The notes beneath the pieces were generated by a model. That model searched no databases and was not told where the DNA came from. It was given only the letters and a program-made list of their open reading frames with translations. From positions 257,094-321,093 of the forward strand of contig JAAOMT010000672.1 of the NCBI GenBank assembly GCA_016748015.1: DNA of 64,000 bases. The letters run 5' to 3'. Positions 14,421 to 27,032 of this stretch are shown one piece after another (position 1 is the stretch's first letter; each line of letters starts with the position of its first letter). The position numbers were made by a program, and so were the translations under genes. This DNA comes from Geosiphon pyriformis uo1. Its lineage: Eukaryota; Fungi; Glomeromycota.

Positions 14421-16346
14421 TGAAAAATATAAAAATAAACCTATAAATTAGTTATGATATAACTTTTAAGAATTAAATTAAATTTAAAATATGGCTAAAG
14501 TTTATTTAATTGAATTTTTAAAATTGTGTAAATTTTTATAGTTTTTTAAACCATAGAAGTATTTTGTACTTTTTTGGTTCTTTAGAAAGAAAAGTCCCCC
14601 CAAATTATTTCTAAGAATATATCTTTTCTATGATCTCAAACAAAAAAATTTAAAAATTTTACAACAAAATGCAAGCCTTTTTATAAATAAAAGGAAAATA
14701 CTTAAATTATTTATTCATTTATTTTATTTGATTAAAACATCAAAAAATTTGGGTAAACTTGGGATTCTTATAATTTTGATATTGGCATCATAAAAATAGA
14801 ATAATTTTGAAGAATTTAATATAAAACCAGTGCTTTTAACTTAGTTTAATGGCACTGTCGTTTTCGTTAGAAACGCCGCTTGTGTCTACTGACCAGCTTT
14901 GCAAGCGGGTCATAGGGAAAAATATGAGGACAATAGTGGCGGGAAATTGCTCCAACTCTTAAGATAATGAAAGACTGTAAATCTGATTTTTTGATCGAGC
15001 TTCATTCGATCTTACCAACACCACAGAGAATCATTGAGCAGAGAATGAAAGCGAAAGAAAAACCTATTGGACTTATTTTTTTCCATACGTATAAACTGTA
15101 TACTTGAAAATTCTGATTTGTTAAAGTTACTGGCTTTAGGGAAAAAGTTGAGCCAAAATGGGGAAATATTAAAATATCCAATGTGTAAAAATCTAAAATT
15201 TCCCAATGCATCTAGTATTTGAAAGTTGATTGTAGAAAATTTATATTTATTTACCAGTATGCGTGCTCATTAATTTTGAAAAATGAAAGTTCAAAGCTAA
15301 TAAAATTTACAAATTTAATATAAAGGGATTTTTTCCCTGCTATGTGGTTTCAAGGCTTCCAAGTATTAATTTCTGAAAGCATTATAAGTTATCTGAATGA
15401 AAAGCTTGACTTGTGCCTATCTTTGGAACCTTTTTTAAATCAGAAAAGATTAAGTTGGATTGGCACTAAGCTCATCCAATAAAGCTTTTTTAAGATTCAA
15501 AAAAAGGAAAATAACTCAACTACTTTAAAAAAATAAAAAATGATAATAAAAAGTTAAAAAAACTGTTGTAATGGTTTTTTATCCAATTTTAAATATACAT
15601 GAATATTTTTTAAAGTCGTTGTCTGATTTTTATAACATATTGGGGAACCCCAAAAACAAAGTATTGGTTTAAAAATTTATAAGCTTAATATTTTATATTT
15701 AAAACTGTGATTTAATTAAGATCTGTAAACAGTTCCATCTACTTGAAGCTTTTGGTTTTACGACATAAAGCTACAGTAAAAACCAGGTTTTACGATTTAC
15801 CAAACATACACTTAAATACTTCTGGGTGGCTAAAATATTCGGTAATTGTAGTATTTAAAAATTAATGCATATTCCTTATTAAAATATGGTGAAATGGGCA
15901 TCAAAAAAATTGAGGGATCTTATTTTTGATTTAACAATAAATTTTTTTAGCATTCAATATTCACAACCCGCCTTTAATGTGTATCCGCACCTCATTAAAC
16001 AAAAATTTTAAATTTTCATCCCTGCTTTCAAATTGAACCCAATCGGGCGAAATTTCCAATACTTCACATGCATGAGATATCGAAGAATCGTTAAATGATA
16101 ACCTTTATAAGCTCCACCAATTAATGTCATACTTTCCAGTTATGGACGCAATGAAGAGTTGGAAATTGTGGTTAACATTATTGTCACTCTGAAAATAAAA
16201 TTTTTACTCCAAGGTGGTACAATTGACCGAGAGAGTGGATGAGTTACAAAGTATATAAAGCTATGGAGGAAAGTTTTGAAAGGGTAACCAAACTTTCTTG
16301 CATTTAAAGAAAAAAATTCAAAATTTAAATACATTTGGATAAAAAA

Positions 16347-18401
16347 ATGTTGATTCTTACAATCATTCTTATAATATTTGGCTGGTTCATGCTGCATCAA
16401 CATAGAAGATATCGAGCACATAAAGACTTAATGTCATTACCTGAACCAGCTGGGAAATGGCCATACTTGGGTAAATTCAGAGTTGACTTTTATTGCATTT
16501 GGTTGATAGTTTTCATTGATTTCTATCAACCCTTAGGTCACTTACCATTAATTTGGGGAAAACAATTACCTAAAAAGTATGTGTCAAGTTGATCTACATT
16601 TTTTGATAAACCGTTTGCCTTAGAGCTGATTGAGACATCGCACTTATAGGTTTGCAGAATGGGGTAAAGAATTCAGTGGTATTTATATGATTTGGTTAGG
16701 TCAACAGCCTTGGATTATCTTAACGAGTGACACCACAATTCATGATCTTTTGCATATTCGTAAGTTTTAATTAGAAACCTTTGCTATCTATCAATTGAAT
16801 ATTCTTAATAAATAATTTTCTTCTTACCCGCCAACCAGGAGGTGTAAAATATTCCTCACGAAGTTACGCTTATTTCACATGGGAATTGGTTGGAAGAAAA
16901 AGATCATATCTTACATCCCCCTATAATGATTGGTATAAAAAGGCCATGGGGCCAGGTAAGTTTAATCAAGATATTTTGCCTTAGTAACTTTGAACTCAGT
17001 TAACTGAACATCTTTTTAATTCAGCTCATAGTATATTAGGGCAACGCCAGATTGCATCTTATGTCAGCCTCGTAGACGAATGTACAACCCAGCTACTAAA
17101 ATTATTAAAAAAAGATGGAAATTTATCAGAAGGAATTTTCCCACGAAAATATTTTCACCACACTTTCTTAAACGTGATTTTAAACATCAACTTCGCATTC
17201 CATACCGAAGGGCTTCACGATCCTCTATACCAAACCCTGTTTCGATTGACAGAAGAATGGTTCAAGATGGCAGGTGCCACAAAAATATACGATTTCTTGC
17301 CCATCCTGAGATACTTCTCAAATCGAAGGAATACAAAGAAAAAGGCTTTATTACTTCGGGATGAGTGGGAAACAACTGTAAGAGGCCTCTATAACAGAGT
17401 AAAGAATGATCCAAACAAGACTCCTTGCTTCGCTCGAGATTTTATAAAACAAACGGAAGAAGGAACATTAGATGAGTTTGATATTATTCATTTAGCTCAT
17501 GACATGCTAATGGCTGGCACAGTAAGTGAAAGATTTGAATTGTTATTTTAATGAATGTATGAATCTTTCTAATCGAAAATTTTTTAATTTGTAAAACGAT
17601 TTTTTATAGGACACGCTCGCTTCTGCTATGACTTGGTTAGCAGCAATTCTGGCAACTCATCCGGAAATTCAGGCTAAAGCACATGAGGAACTTGATCGTG
17701 TGGTAGGAAAGTCTCGTCTTCCCGATCTAAACGATGAACCATCTCTCCCATACATTCGAGCTCTTATCAAGGAAAATCTTCGTTGGGCACCACCAGTCTG
17801 TATTTAGTTTCTTGTACTGAGGATATTTTTCTTATATCTAATATGTTTGAACTGTTTAAATTATAGGCTCCATTAGGTGCACCCCATTTCATTGAAGAGG
17901 AGGATCAATATATGAAATATCATATCCCAAAAAATAGTGTTGTCGTGATGAATATTTACTCAGTGCATTCAGACGACAAACGGTACAAGCACCCTCATAA
18001 ATTTGATCCCACACGATTTTTAGGCAATAATGAATCCGCCGCTTCCTCGGCTCAAGGGGATCCAAAGAAAAGGGATCATTTTACTTTTGGTGCCGGGCGA
18101 AGACTTTGCATTGGAGTTCATTTGGTAATTCTCATATTATTTTTAGGTCTATGTTTGAAAATGATAATTCGTTTTAACTTCATTGAACAATTACCCTATT
18201 TATCTTTATTTTGACTCAATATAGGCCGAGGTTGAGCTTCAATTAGCAGTCTCACGAATTCTTTGGGCGTTTCGAATTGAGCCTGTAGAAAAAGTAAATT
18301 TGAATGATTATGATTCTTCGTATACACAATGGATAAAACCTTATCATGTTCGCTTTGTACCTCGACATGAAGAGGTTGATAAAGTTTTTGAAGCAATTTA
18401 A
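16347..18401 (+). CDS. Cytochrome P450 monooxygenase, ER-anchored, ~502 aa
   Basis: Eight exons: 16347-16470, 16537-16576, 16650-16759, 16839-16955, 17025-17521, 17610-17795, 17867-18124, 18225-18401 (1509 nt, in frame). Has an N-terminal TM anchor, a Pro-rich hinge ([14 protein letters not shown]), I-helix AGTDT, K-helix ENLR (ExxR), PTRF and heme motif [10 protein letters not shown]. Confidence 0.95.
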
Positions 18402-18666
18402 ATATTTAATCATAGAGCTTAAAGGACGTTTTTATTGTTAATAGATAAGAGGTTAATTCATATTCGATGCAAAAAGGCTTTTCATTAAATGAAGATGTTT
18501 CAAGTCACCCCATAAGGGTCTATAAATAATTTTTAGACATCAAAGAAAATTTTCAAATACATAAACGAATGACGTACAAATATGGTCTCGTATTTAGCTG
18601 TTATATATATTACGAGATTCTTCGCACACATTAAATCGTTAAAAAAATAATGAATCCAAAATTTCT

Positions 18667-20163
18667 TTAATGTTCCTGAACTTGAACATTAATACCAACA
18701 AATAAGTTTGGTTTCTTCACCTCACAATACTTGTCACTTAATGCTTGTATTCTTTCATCAGGATCCATCCAAATTGGATAAAAAAGTATCTTATTAAACT
18801 TCGTCTCAATCCTATGTACAAAATTTTCAAGGGCATCCCAAGAAACTCGATACAATCTCAAATCCAAGTCGTGAAGCGATTTAGGCAAGGCTTCAGCAAA
18901 CATCGGTAAAAACTCTTCGAAATTAGGATCATGAAAGGCGAAGGCTGTTAATTCTTCAAGATATCGTAGATTTGATAAGCATTCCAAGAATTCGATGAGG
19001 GTATCCTCATAAATTGGGATTGAGAGGGAGACAAGGCTTCGACAATATAACCCGATGGCCTGAAAAATACTTCGACTAATATTGTTGCTTGGATGAATTT
19101 TTAATTCTGTCAAGTCTTCCATAAGATCATTTATAACTGGCAACAGAAAGTCTTTATCGAGTCTCGGCCAGGAAACCTCAAACTTGTTTAAGCGAATCAT
19201 GGAAGTCGCCAGAGGTTCCCAGAATTTCGAAACTGGTTCATCACTCGGAAGTAAGCTATTATGTATCTGAATTGTTTTTAATGCAGTCCAGCCGGCAATC
19301 AATGATAGGTCTGGTGCTTTCTTGGTCTCAATAAATCGCAGCGTTTTTAGGTTTTTTGCTTGAGGACTAAGGGCTGATAAGAATTTGTTACATCCCGAGT
19401 CAAAAAGGTAAAAAAATATCTCTTGTAAATGATCCTGATTCTTAATCAAATCTAGAAAATGGTCCCCTAACGAGGGCACAGCTTCTATAAATCGAAAATC
19501 GATTCCAAGACAAGCAAGAAACTTTGTGACGTTTTTAATCTCAATGACAAGATTAATAATATTTGGCATATCTTCACTTTCGAATCGTTGGATATCTCCC
19601 CAATTATAAAAACTTTTCAATTGTGAAAGAACTGGGCCTGCTTGTGGATATTGTTGAAAATTCGGAACACGGGTAATTTCTTCAGCAACGCTATACAGAC
19701 GCGGTGCTCTGATTCCAATATACTCTAGTCCGGTGGAGTTTTCTAATATTATTTTACAAACTGCTGTAACGATCTCAAAAAATGCTTGGCCATCTGTACT
19801 TTCTCCTTTGGGATAATTATCTGAAAAATATCCGAAATCTAATTCTTTGATGAACGAAGGGTAATTGAATGTTGGTTGATTTATTTCTTGAATTTCGAAG
19901 TAATAATTTCGTAAATTTATTCTGTCATCTTCTGAAAGATACCAGAATAGAGTTTGGAAAAAACTAGAAGGAAGTCGTTTATCTTTTTCGGTAGGTTGGA
20001 ATGGGTTTGACCAAATTAGTTTTACAACTTGTCGACACCATGATCGATTTACTAATGCGCAGCGTAAAAGAAAGGATTTTTGGTTTTTAAATTCAGAAAA
20101 AATTTTTTCAAGGGATTCCGCAGGTAGCTGTACTGAGGCTTTGCTGGTATTTTGGGCATCCAT
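18667..20163 (-). CDS. F-box / RNI-like (LRR) protein, 498 aa
   Basis: Intronless ORF with an N-terminal F-box (LPAESLEKIF...LLRCALVNRSWCRQVVKLIWSNPF), a PTFNYPSFIKEL motif and Leu-rich repeats. This type is expanded in Glomeromycotina. Confidence 0.88.
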   Translation of the reverse strand: MDAQNTSKASVQLPAESLEKIFSEFKNQKSFLLRCALVNRSWCRQVVKLIWSNPFQPTEKDKRLPSSFFQTLFWYLSEDDRINLRNYYFEIQEINQPTFNYPSFIKELDFGYFSDNYPKGESTDGQAFFEIVTAVCKIILENSTGLEYIGIRAPRLYSVAEEITRVPNFQQYPQAGPVLSQLKSFYNWGDIQRFESEDMPNIINLVIEIKNVTKFLACLGIDFRFIEAVPSLGDHFLDLIKNQDHLQEIFFYLFDSGCNKFLSALSPQAKNLKTLRFIETKKAPDLSLIAGWTALKTIQIHNSLLPSDEPVSKFWEPLATSMIRLNKFEVSWPRLDKDFLLPVINDLMEDLTELKIHPSNNISRSIFQAIGLYCRSLVSLSIPIYEDTLIEFLECLSNLRYLEELTAFAFHDPNFEEFLPMFAEALPKSLHDLDLRLYRVSWDALENFVHRIETKFNKILFYPIWMDPDERIQALSDKYCEVKKPNLFVGINVQVQEH

Positions 20164-21734
20164 ACCTTAATTTTAAAGTGAAAAATTCAACAAATGTAAG
20201 AGTGAGCTAAAGGCTGTTTTGTAATTCGAAAAACCGGAACTCGAGATCTTTCCCTTTTCATTCAGAGCAATCTTCATTTTGCCGATTTCCCCTTTATTAG
20301 ATTACAAAACCCAGCCCAAAATTGAAAAAATGATCTGTTATGCTAATTGATGTTACAAGGATGTGCCGAAATTGACGAACAGCCTTGGATTCGTCTCGAT
20401 TCCAGTTCCACTGCATAGCCTTTTATCATGAATGCTTATCGATTATCAATAATCTTGGACGCATGAAAGGATAACTATTAACAAGTTTAAAATAAATGTC
20501 ATATTCAGAGAAAAATTCTCTTTTCAATTTAGTAAATATTTTATCCAAAAGTTATTTATCGAAATTTATTAAACAACAAATAGGTCCTAACAGATGTTGC
20601 GTACCGAAAGTGCATTGATAATGGAAAGAACAAAAAAAACAAAGCGTAAATCTAACAGGTATTATTTGTTAATTCATTTTGATAACTGAAAGTTTTGAAA
20701 ATCCTGTTTTTGATAAAAATTAACAAAGCAAATTGTGATTTGAGATCAAAATTTAATATATAGAGATTGTGTTTTTTAATTCAAATCAAATACGAAAACC
20801 AATATTGCAAAAATAGAAAAACATCCAGTTTTTTTTATAATATTTGAGTAACCCAAGAAGCAATCAGATTTATAATAATCCAATAAAGAAATATTTAATT
20901 TGATGTTTAAATGCAATTTTTCCAAAAGATTTTATTTACCCAGAGTGACAAAATAATATTGAGTATAATTATTTTTTCCAATATAATTTACATAAAAAGA
21001 ATGACTTAATTGTAATTTCAATAAATAAAAGAATTTAAAAGAGAAAATGAAAAGAACAGGGAATTATTTATATATATTTTATTATTTATTATACCTTCAA
21101 ATCAACTTTTTATATATATAAAACATTCAAACTCAAAGTTACGTCTTCAGGTTTTTTCTCCAAGGTTAACTTTTTTAATTTAAGACTTAAATAACACATA
21201 AATTGTGTTAATTATTAGGATTTCTTGGAAAAAAAAGATATTTAGTTTTAAAATTCTATTTTGGTGCAAAATATATTGAATGAAAATTATATATTAAAAA
21301 AATAATTTATATTATTAATAAACATGTAACTTGAATACTCAAGTTTTATCAATTTTAAAAAAATAATAAGTTAAACTTTATGTTTAAATTATATCTAATA
21401 TAGTTTTTTACAATTTTAATAAAAACAATACCCAATATTGAATTAATGTTTTTTTGTAGCTTTGAGTAATATTACTTTTATACATATTAAAGGTAATCAA
21501 TAAATAACTTGATGTCTTGGTCAATAATTAAGTTAATAATTTTTTTTTGATATTAAAAATAGAAAATCTAATTGATTAATATTATATGAATAATATGCAA
21601 AAGAAATATAGCCTTAACAACATATTATATATAAATTGGTTAAATTGATAATTAATTAAACAAAATTCCAAAAATTGGTTTTATAAATTTTATACTTTAT
21701 AAATTAATAAATTTAATTAAAAATAAATTAAACA

Positions 21735-21768
<34 letters not shown>

Positions 21769-23695
21769 GTCGTATAATTATTTTTATTATTATAATTTTG
21801 TAACTTAAATTGCCTTTTATAAATAAAAATCTATTATAATACATATTTTTGTGTGCAAAGAGTTAATTTTATTTATGAACAGAAAAATGGATAAAAACTC
21901 CATAAGCTCATTTTAACATATTACTGAAGGCATTAAAAGACTTGAAGTCAGATGAAAGTTGAAAAGCAGTTTATCTCTCCTTTTTTTGCTTGCATACTTG
22001 TTTCTTTCCTTTCAATTGAAATATGCTATTAAGAATTTCACAGTTTTTTTTATAAAATTACAGAGAAATTAATGCAAAGTCTCAGTATCAATCGATTAGG
22101 TTTAACCCCTTGAATAAGCCAATTTTAACAATCTTAACTCGGGATTTAACTGAGGAAGCAAAAAATTTGATTGGCTACAATTTTATTGACATTCGGCCTA
22201 GAATGGTTTGAGGTTGATTGATCGAGTTTTACTCATAAATTATCGTAATTTCCTTTGAGACAGGAAAAAGTTTGATTATTTTGAAGCTAATTATGGGAAA
22301 GATTTCAGAAAAGTGATTATTTTGAGCTAATTATGGCAACGATTTTAGGAAAGAGAAGAATTCAACAAAAACCCTTTGTTTCAATTTTTTTACAAAAGTT
22401 CTAAACTTTAAATCAGAACAATAGAAAAATATCGACTAATTGTAAGATAAAATTTTTTTACTTTAACGACTAAAAAAAATACATTAATCCTTGTCTTTTT
22501 TTGTCATTGAAATGATAAACTTTCCATTAAGATAATCTCTTCAGATCTGCTTCAATGGGATTTTCCCAAGACTTATTTGTATGCAAAATTTACATTCTGG
22601 TATATACCGTATTAAAAATTGGATGGAAAACTCTTTAGTTTAAGAAATTAACGTTTGAATATGGTTGAGCAAGGATCTAATATTTTTTGAGAAAATGAAA
22701 GCCAATAATGTAATCCATTATGTAAATATGTATGATTCATGATGAAAAAAATCTTTGGCACAAAAATTTCGGTCATGAAACAATGGGTATGATTTCTTTT
22801 AAAGGAAATAAAGTTATCACTTGCATAGATATACGTCATGAATTTTAATATTAATCTAATAGAACCCAAAAATATGGGGTTTTGGTTGGTTGGTTGGTTG
22901 GAAACCAAGATAAGGTTTTTCAAAAAAAAGTGGTTCTCCTTTTTGGGTAAGAAATACAGACGATCTTAAGCAAACATTATTCAATTGACATTCTCAAAAA
23001 CTATGTAGCTTAAAATTACAATTTTTTGTGAAATGAACTTCATTATTGACGATTATACAGCCTCGATTGATTTTATGCATTTGCCAATTCTTCCTTTGTG
23101 TACCTTTTTAGGTAAGGAAACAAAGAATCTGAAAAAGGGCAAATTCTAAAAATATTTTTTATTTCCTCAGCTATACAAAAACAAACTCTTTACAAATTAA
23201 CTCATATTCGGTGTGCTTTTAAAAAAAAGAATGAATCTTCAAATTAATTAGATTTAAGAATTTTATCCATCATAGTATAAATGATGACATCTAAAACTTG
23301 ATTATTCAATGGAACGTTCGCATTTTTGATCCTAGCAAACAAACAGCTGAACTAGTTTAATAGGAACAAAGTTTTTCCGATTTTTTAATATGGAATTTAT
23401 ATTTTGATTCAATTTAAGAAAAATACTAAATTTTTAAGGTTGTTGACGCATAATGGATAAGGTTGTCAATTTTTTTTGTTCTTACATTAAGAAAATTAAA
23501 AGAGATCCTTTGTATTTGACCAAACTATTCATACGATGGATTAATAAAAAAATTCATTCAATTAAATTTGACAGAATATTCGTTTTAAAAAGAGTTTAAA
23601 CCATTATTGGGTTTTAAATAATAAAATCTCGATGATGCTAATATAAATATCCATTGGCAACTAGAAATTGTGAACACTATTTACATCTATAATGG

Positions 23696-23733
23696 ATATT
23701 TGCGTCCATTTGCTTGCAAATGGACGCAAATAT
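23696..23733. repeat. Perfect 18-bp inverted repeat with a 2-nt loop
   Basis: atatttgcgtccatttgc-tt-gcaaatggacgcaaatat. Confidence 0.9.
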
Positions 23734-25404
23734 AAAATTACACCTAATCAAATAATCTTTGTGTTATAGAAAAAAGGATTTGAATGTGGCTTAACTTTAA
23801 GTAAAATATATTTTTAGGATTACATATGATCAGCAGGCAAAAATTCAGGAGTTAGATTTTATTTGCTGGAAATATTTTTAAAGTTCAACCATTGATTTGA
23901 AACTACTGGTTGTTAGTTAAGCATTAGGTTTGGATTTAAACCTAATATATCTTTGAAGGAACCAATTATTTCTTTTAGGTCATCCAATTTCATCAATGTT
24001 TTTCAAAATTGGTAACCCAGGAATCTGTTCTACATAAAATTCTGGGTGTTAACTGCCAAAACACGAATGAATAAAAGTCCTCGCCGTACATAATTCTTGT
24101 GTTCGATTTAACAAATTGAATCATGAAACATTAAAGTTTAAATCATTATGTAGATAGTGAAAAAGAGTGTTACTAAAGTAAAAGAAACTTCTGGGAACTT
24201 TTAAAAATAGTCATAAAGTTATAATTAAAAAATTATAGCTTAATGAAGTTGTTCAGTTGTTTAGGTGCTAACCTGGTTTCTGAGATAAAATTTATCCCTA
24301 AAGTTACATTTTTTAGTTGAACCCAAAAAGCCAAGTGGGACCAATTCATAATGTGTATTTTGATTTAATTATTAAAAACAAAGTTTTCTTTAAAAAAACG
24401 CTTTTAAGAAAAAATAACCATGTGTAAATTTTTTTTTATTGCCAAAATAATATTATTCACGTATCACAATTCCAAAAAAAATGGACACATACTTATAGCC
24501 TGGGAATTTTTCCTGTGTATGCAAATTTATTTGGCAGACCTCCTTGAAACAGAAGATGGGACGAGAAACCTTTTTTTTGCTAATTAATTCGAAATTTAAT
24601 ATAATAATCAACCAGAAAATTTATTATCGGAATATCAATGCAGAACATTGAGCCAAAGGTATCGTATCTGGGTAACTTTAAAATTTTTATCGATTTCGAT
24701 TACTACTTCCAGGGTTGATTTCCTTTTAGGATAAACATGCGTTCGATCCCAGCGACTGAGATTGTCAAGTTCTGCAGAAAATTTAATTAAAAATTTAGCC
24801 CCAGGTCTTATCTTTTAACCCAGTTTTTGGTTTTTATGGTAGTACAGATTGAATATCCCGGAAATTCCTACATTTTTTTACTATTTGTAATTGAAAGATT
24901 AACGTTTCATTGGCCTTTTCAAATTATTTTTTTCTGTGTGTATGAACAATCCCAAATTGCTAGATTTTGGGCCCCAAAAAATTATGAACAATACAAAGAT
25001 TTTTAATAAAAACTTGATTAACCCCTAAAAATTCCAATTGACCAGAAACTCGCTACTAACGCCCAAATTTTAAGTTTTTCGAGTAAAGGACTATGAAAAT
25101 GGCTATTTAAAATAATAGTAAGAATATAAGAAAATTTTTAAAGACCCTACAATTTGTACGGTTTCTCTAATTCTAATTGATAGTCCTATTATGCAACGAT
25201 ATCCTTGCACAATCACCAGATTATTTACCTATCTTTGTTCGAATATAATATGTGCAAGATACCAAAAGAAGCGAGCCTTTTTAATACACAGTCATAACCA
25301 TGTATAACTCATTGCAATTATCAAAATGGAATAGGTTAAACATATAACCTATCGCTTTTCCTCCCAAGCGATGAATAAATATTATAACTGAATCTAAAAT
25401 CAAG

Positions 25405-25536
25405 AATTTGTTTTCGTGTGACAGCTCTGTGAATATTAAAAATTATATTTCCAGGAATCAAATAATCTTAAATTTGTTTTCGTGTGACAGCTCTGTGAAT
25501 ATTAAAAATTATATTTCCAGGAATCAAATAATCTTA
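25405..25536. repeat. Exact 66-bp tandem duplication (2 copies)
   Basis: Unit aatttgttttcgtgtgacagctctgtg...caaataatctta occurs at 25405-25470 and 25471-25536. Confidence 0.9.
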
Positions 25537-27032
25537 AAGTTGTCTCATTCGAAGTTCAATTTCCCAAACCAAGATTCTGGGATCCAATAATTGCTCCTTT
25601 TTTTTTAAAGTTAAATCGTAATAAAGAAGAGGAAACACCCTCGTTTTAAAGTTTTAGATAAGCAAGTTTTTAAAAAAGCGTTATCCATGTGTCAGGGAAA
25701 AGAACAAATTTTTTCTTTAATTTACAGATCTTTTGGTTAATGAAAATCCAAATATTACTTTTCTGGAGCCTTTAAACTTAAAAGAATTTATATTCATGCT
25801 CATTTGGAGAAATCTAAAAGTTACACCCTTATTATTTTTTATTACCAAATGATATCTTTAAAGTTAAATAAGAAATTCCTCGTGTGACTAGTTTACCCCT
25901 CTTCTGACCCAGTGAACTTTAACGGGAAAAACCTCGAAGTGGTAGATCCCAAGATTTTCAAGCAGAAGAAATGAGGTCTATCAGTGCTTTAAATATATCT
26001 TTAGAAAATTTTATTAGTTCACCCCCTCCCCCTAATAGTAACTCATACATCATCAGAACGGTGATAGTAGAAAACTGTTTGAAACTTTCTCATATTTAGT
26101 GATCTCAGTTGAAATGAAATTTTCCAAGACTATAAATCAGCAGTTCAATTCGAAAATTTTCCTTATCATGTTCCTTTTGCTCATTATCAGCAATTAAATT
26201 ATTGTTTTTTTCAGTTTTATTAATTATAGACATGAATGAAAAAGCATGGAATTTTGGTACATGTAAGTACTGAAATCATATTTAAAGTTAGGACACAATG
26301 TTTTACTCCGACGGCGACGTTAAGCATACATAATGCATTAGACTAATCGTAATGAGAAACTTTAACGATTTAAAAAGGGTTTGGAACGCCACAGAATTCG
26401 AACCTACAATAATGATATTTAATATCCGAACCAGATCTTGAAATATTGCCCACTTTTCATCCCTTTATAGATGTGTTTGATCAAAAAATGGCAAACCCTT
26501 TTATGCACTGTTTAATTAACCAACAGGGAAAAAAAAAATTTTCCTCATTTAAATGTAATAGATAAAGCATTAATTAACATGGTTTATGAATAAAGTTTTC
26601 TTGGATAAAAAAGTTAGGGGTTCATGCCGAAAAAGGATATTCTTCTAGCATATAGTCCGACATTAAAAACATCAAATCATAGAACCTTCCTGCCAATTGA
26701 ATTAAGGTTGCTTGGAGTGTAATTCCAACGAAGATTCTTTTTATGTGCAAATTAACGGTCCTTCATTTTAGCTTGGTCTGACATTTAGAAGTAAATGAGG
26801 TTTCAATGTACACCGATCTTGGTGAATTTTAGGGGTATCTGATCCCAAAAACACTCGCGCCAAATATAAATACACCCGGGTTTCGGAACTTTTGAGATTC
26901 ATGTCTTGAAAGAAATAAAAAATCTTTGAGACACTTGAACTTTCTATAAATCGGGCTCTTTTTATCTCTATCTAAACTTCAATTCTTCAATTTTAAAAAT
27001 ATCAAAAACTTCCTTTAACAATTTGATAATCA

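Noticed and set aside
14027-15211. Short ORFs of 64-97 aa, and similar ones across the AT-rich intergenic DNA
   Set aside because: They are F/I/K/L/N-rich translations expected by chance in AT-rich DNA, or antisense shadows of real genes.
18667-20163. F-box gene as a cluster-specific regulator or terpenoid receptor component
   Set aside because: It belongs to a generic expanded family, and a second member lies at 58 kb. Position alone is not evidence.
25408-25590. 60-aa ORF with an internal 22-aa repeat; also considered as CRISPR-like
   Set aside because: It simply reflects the 66-bp tandem duplication. There are no spacers and the context is eukaryotic.
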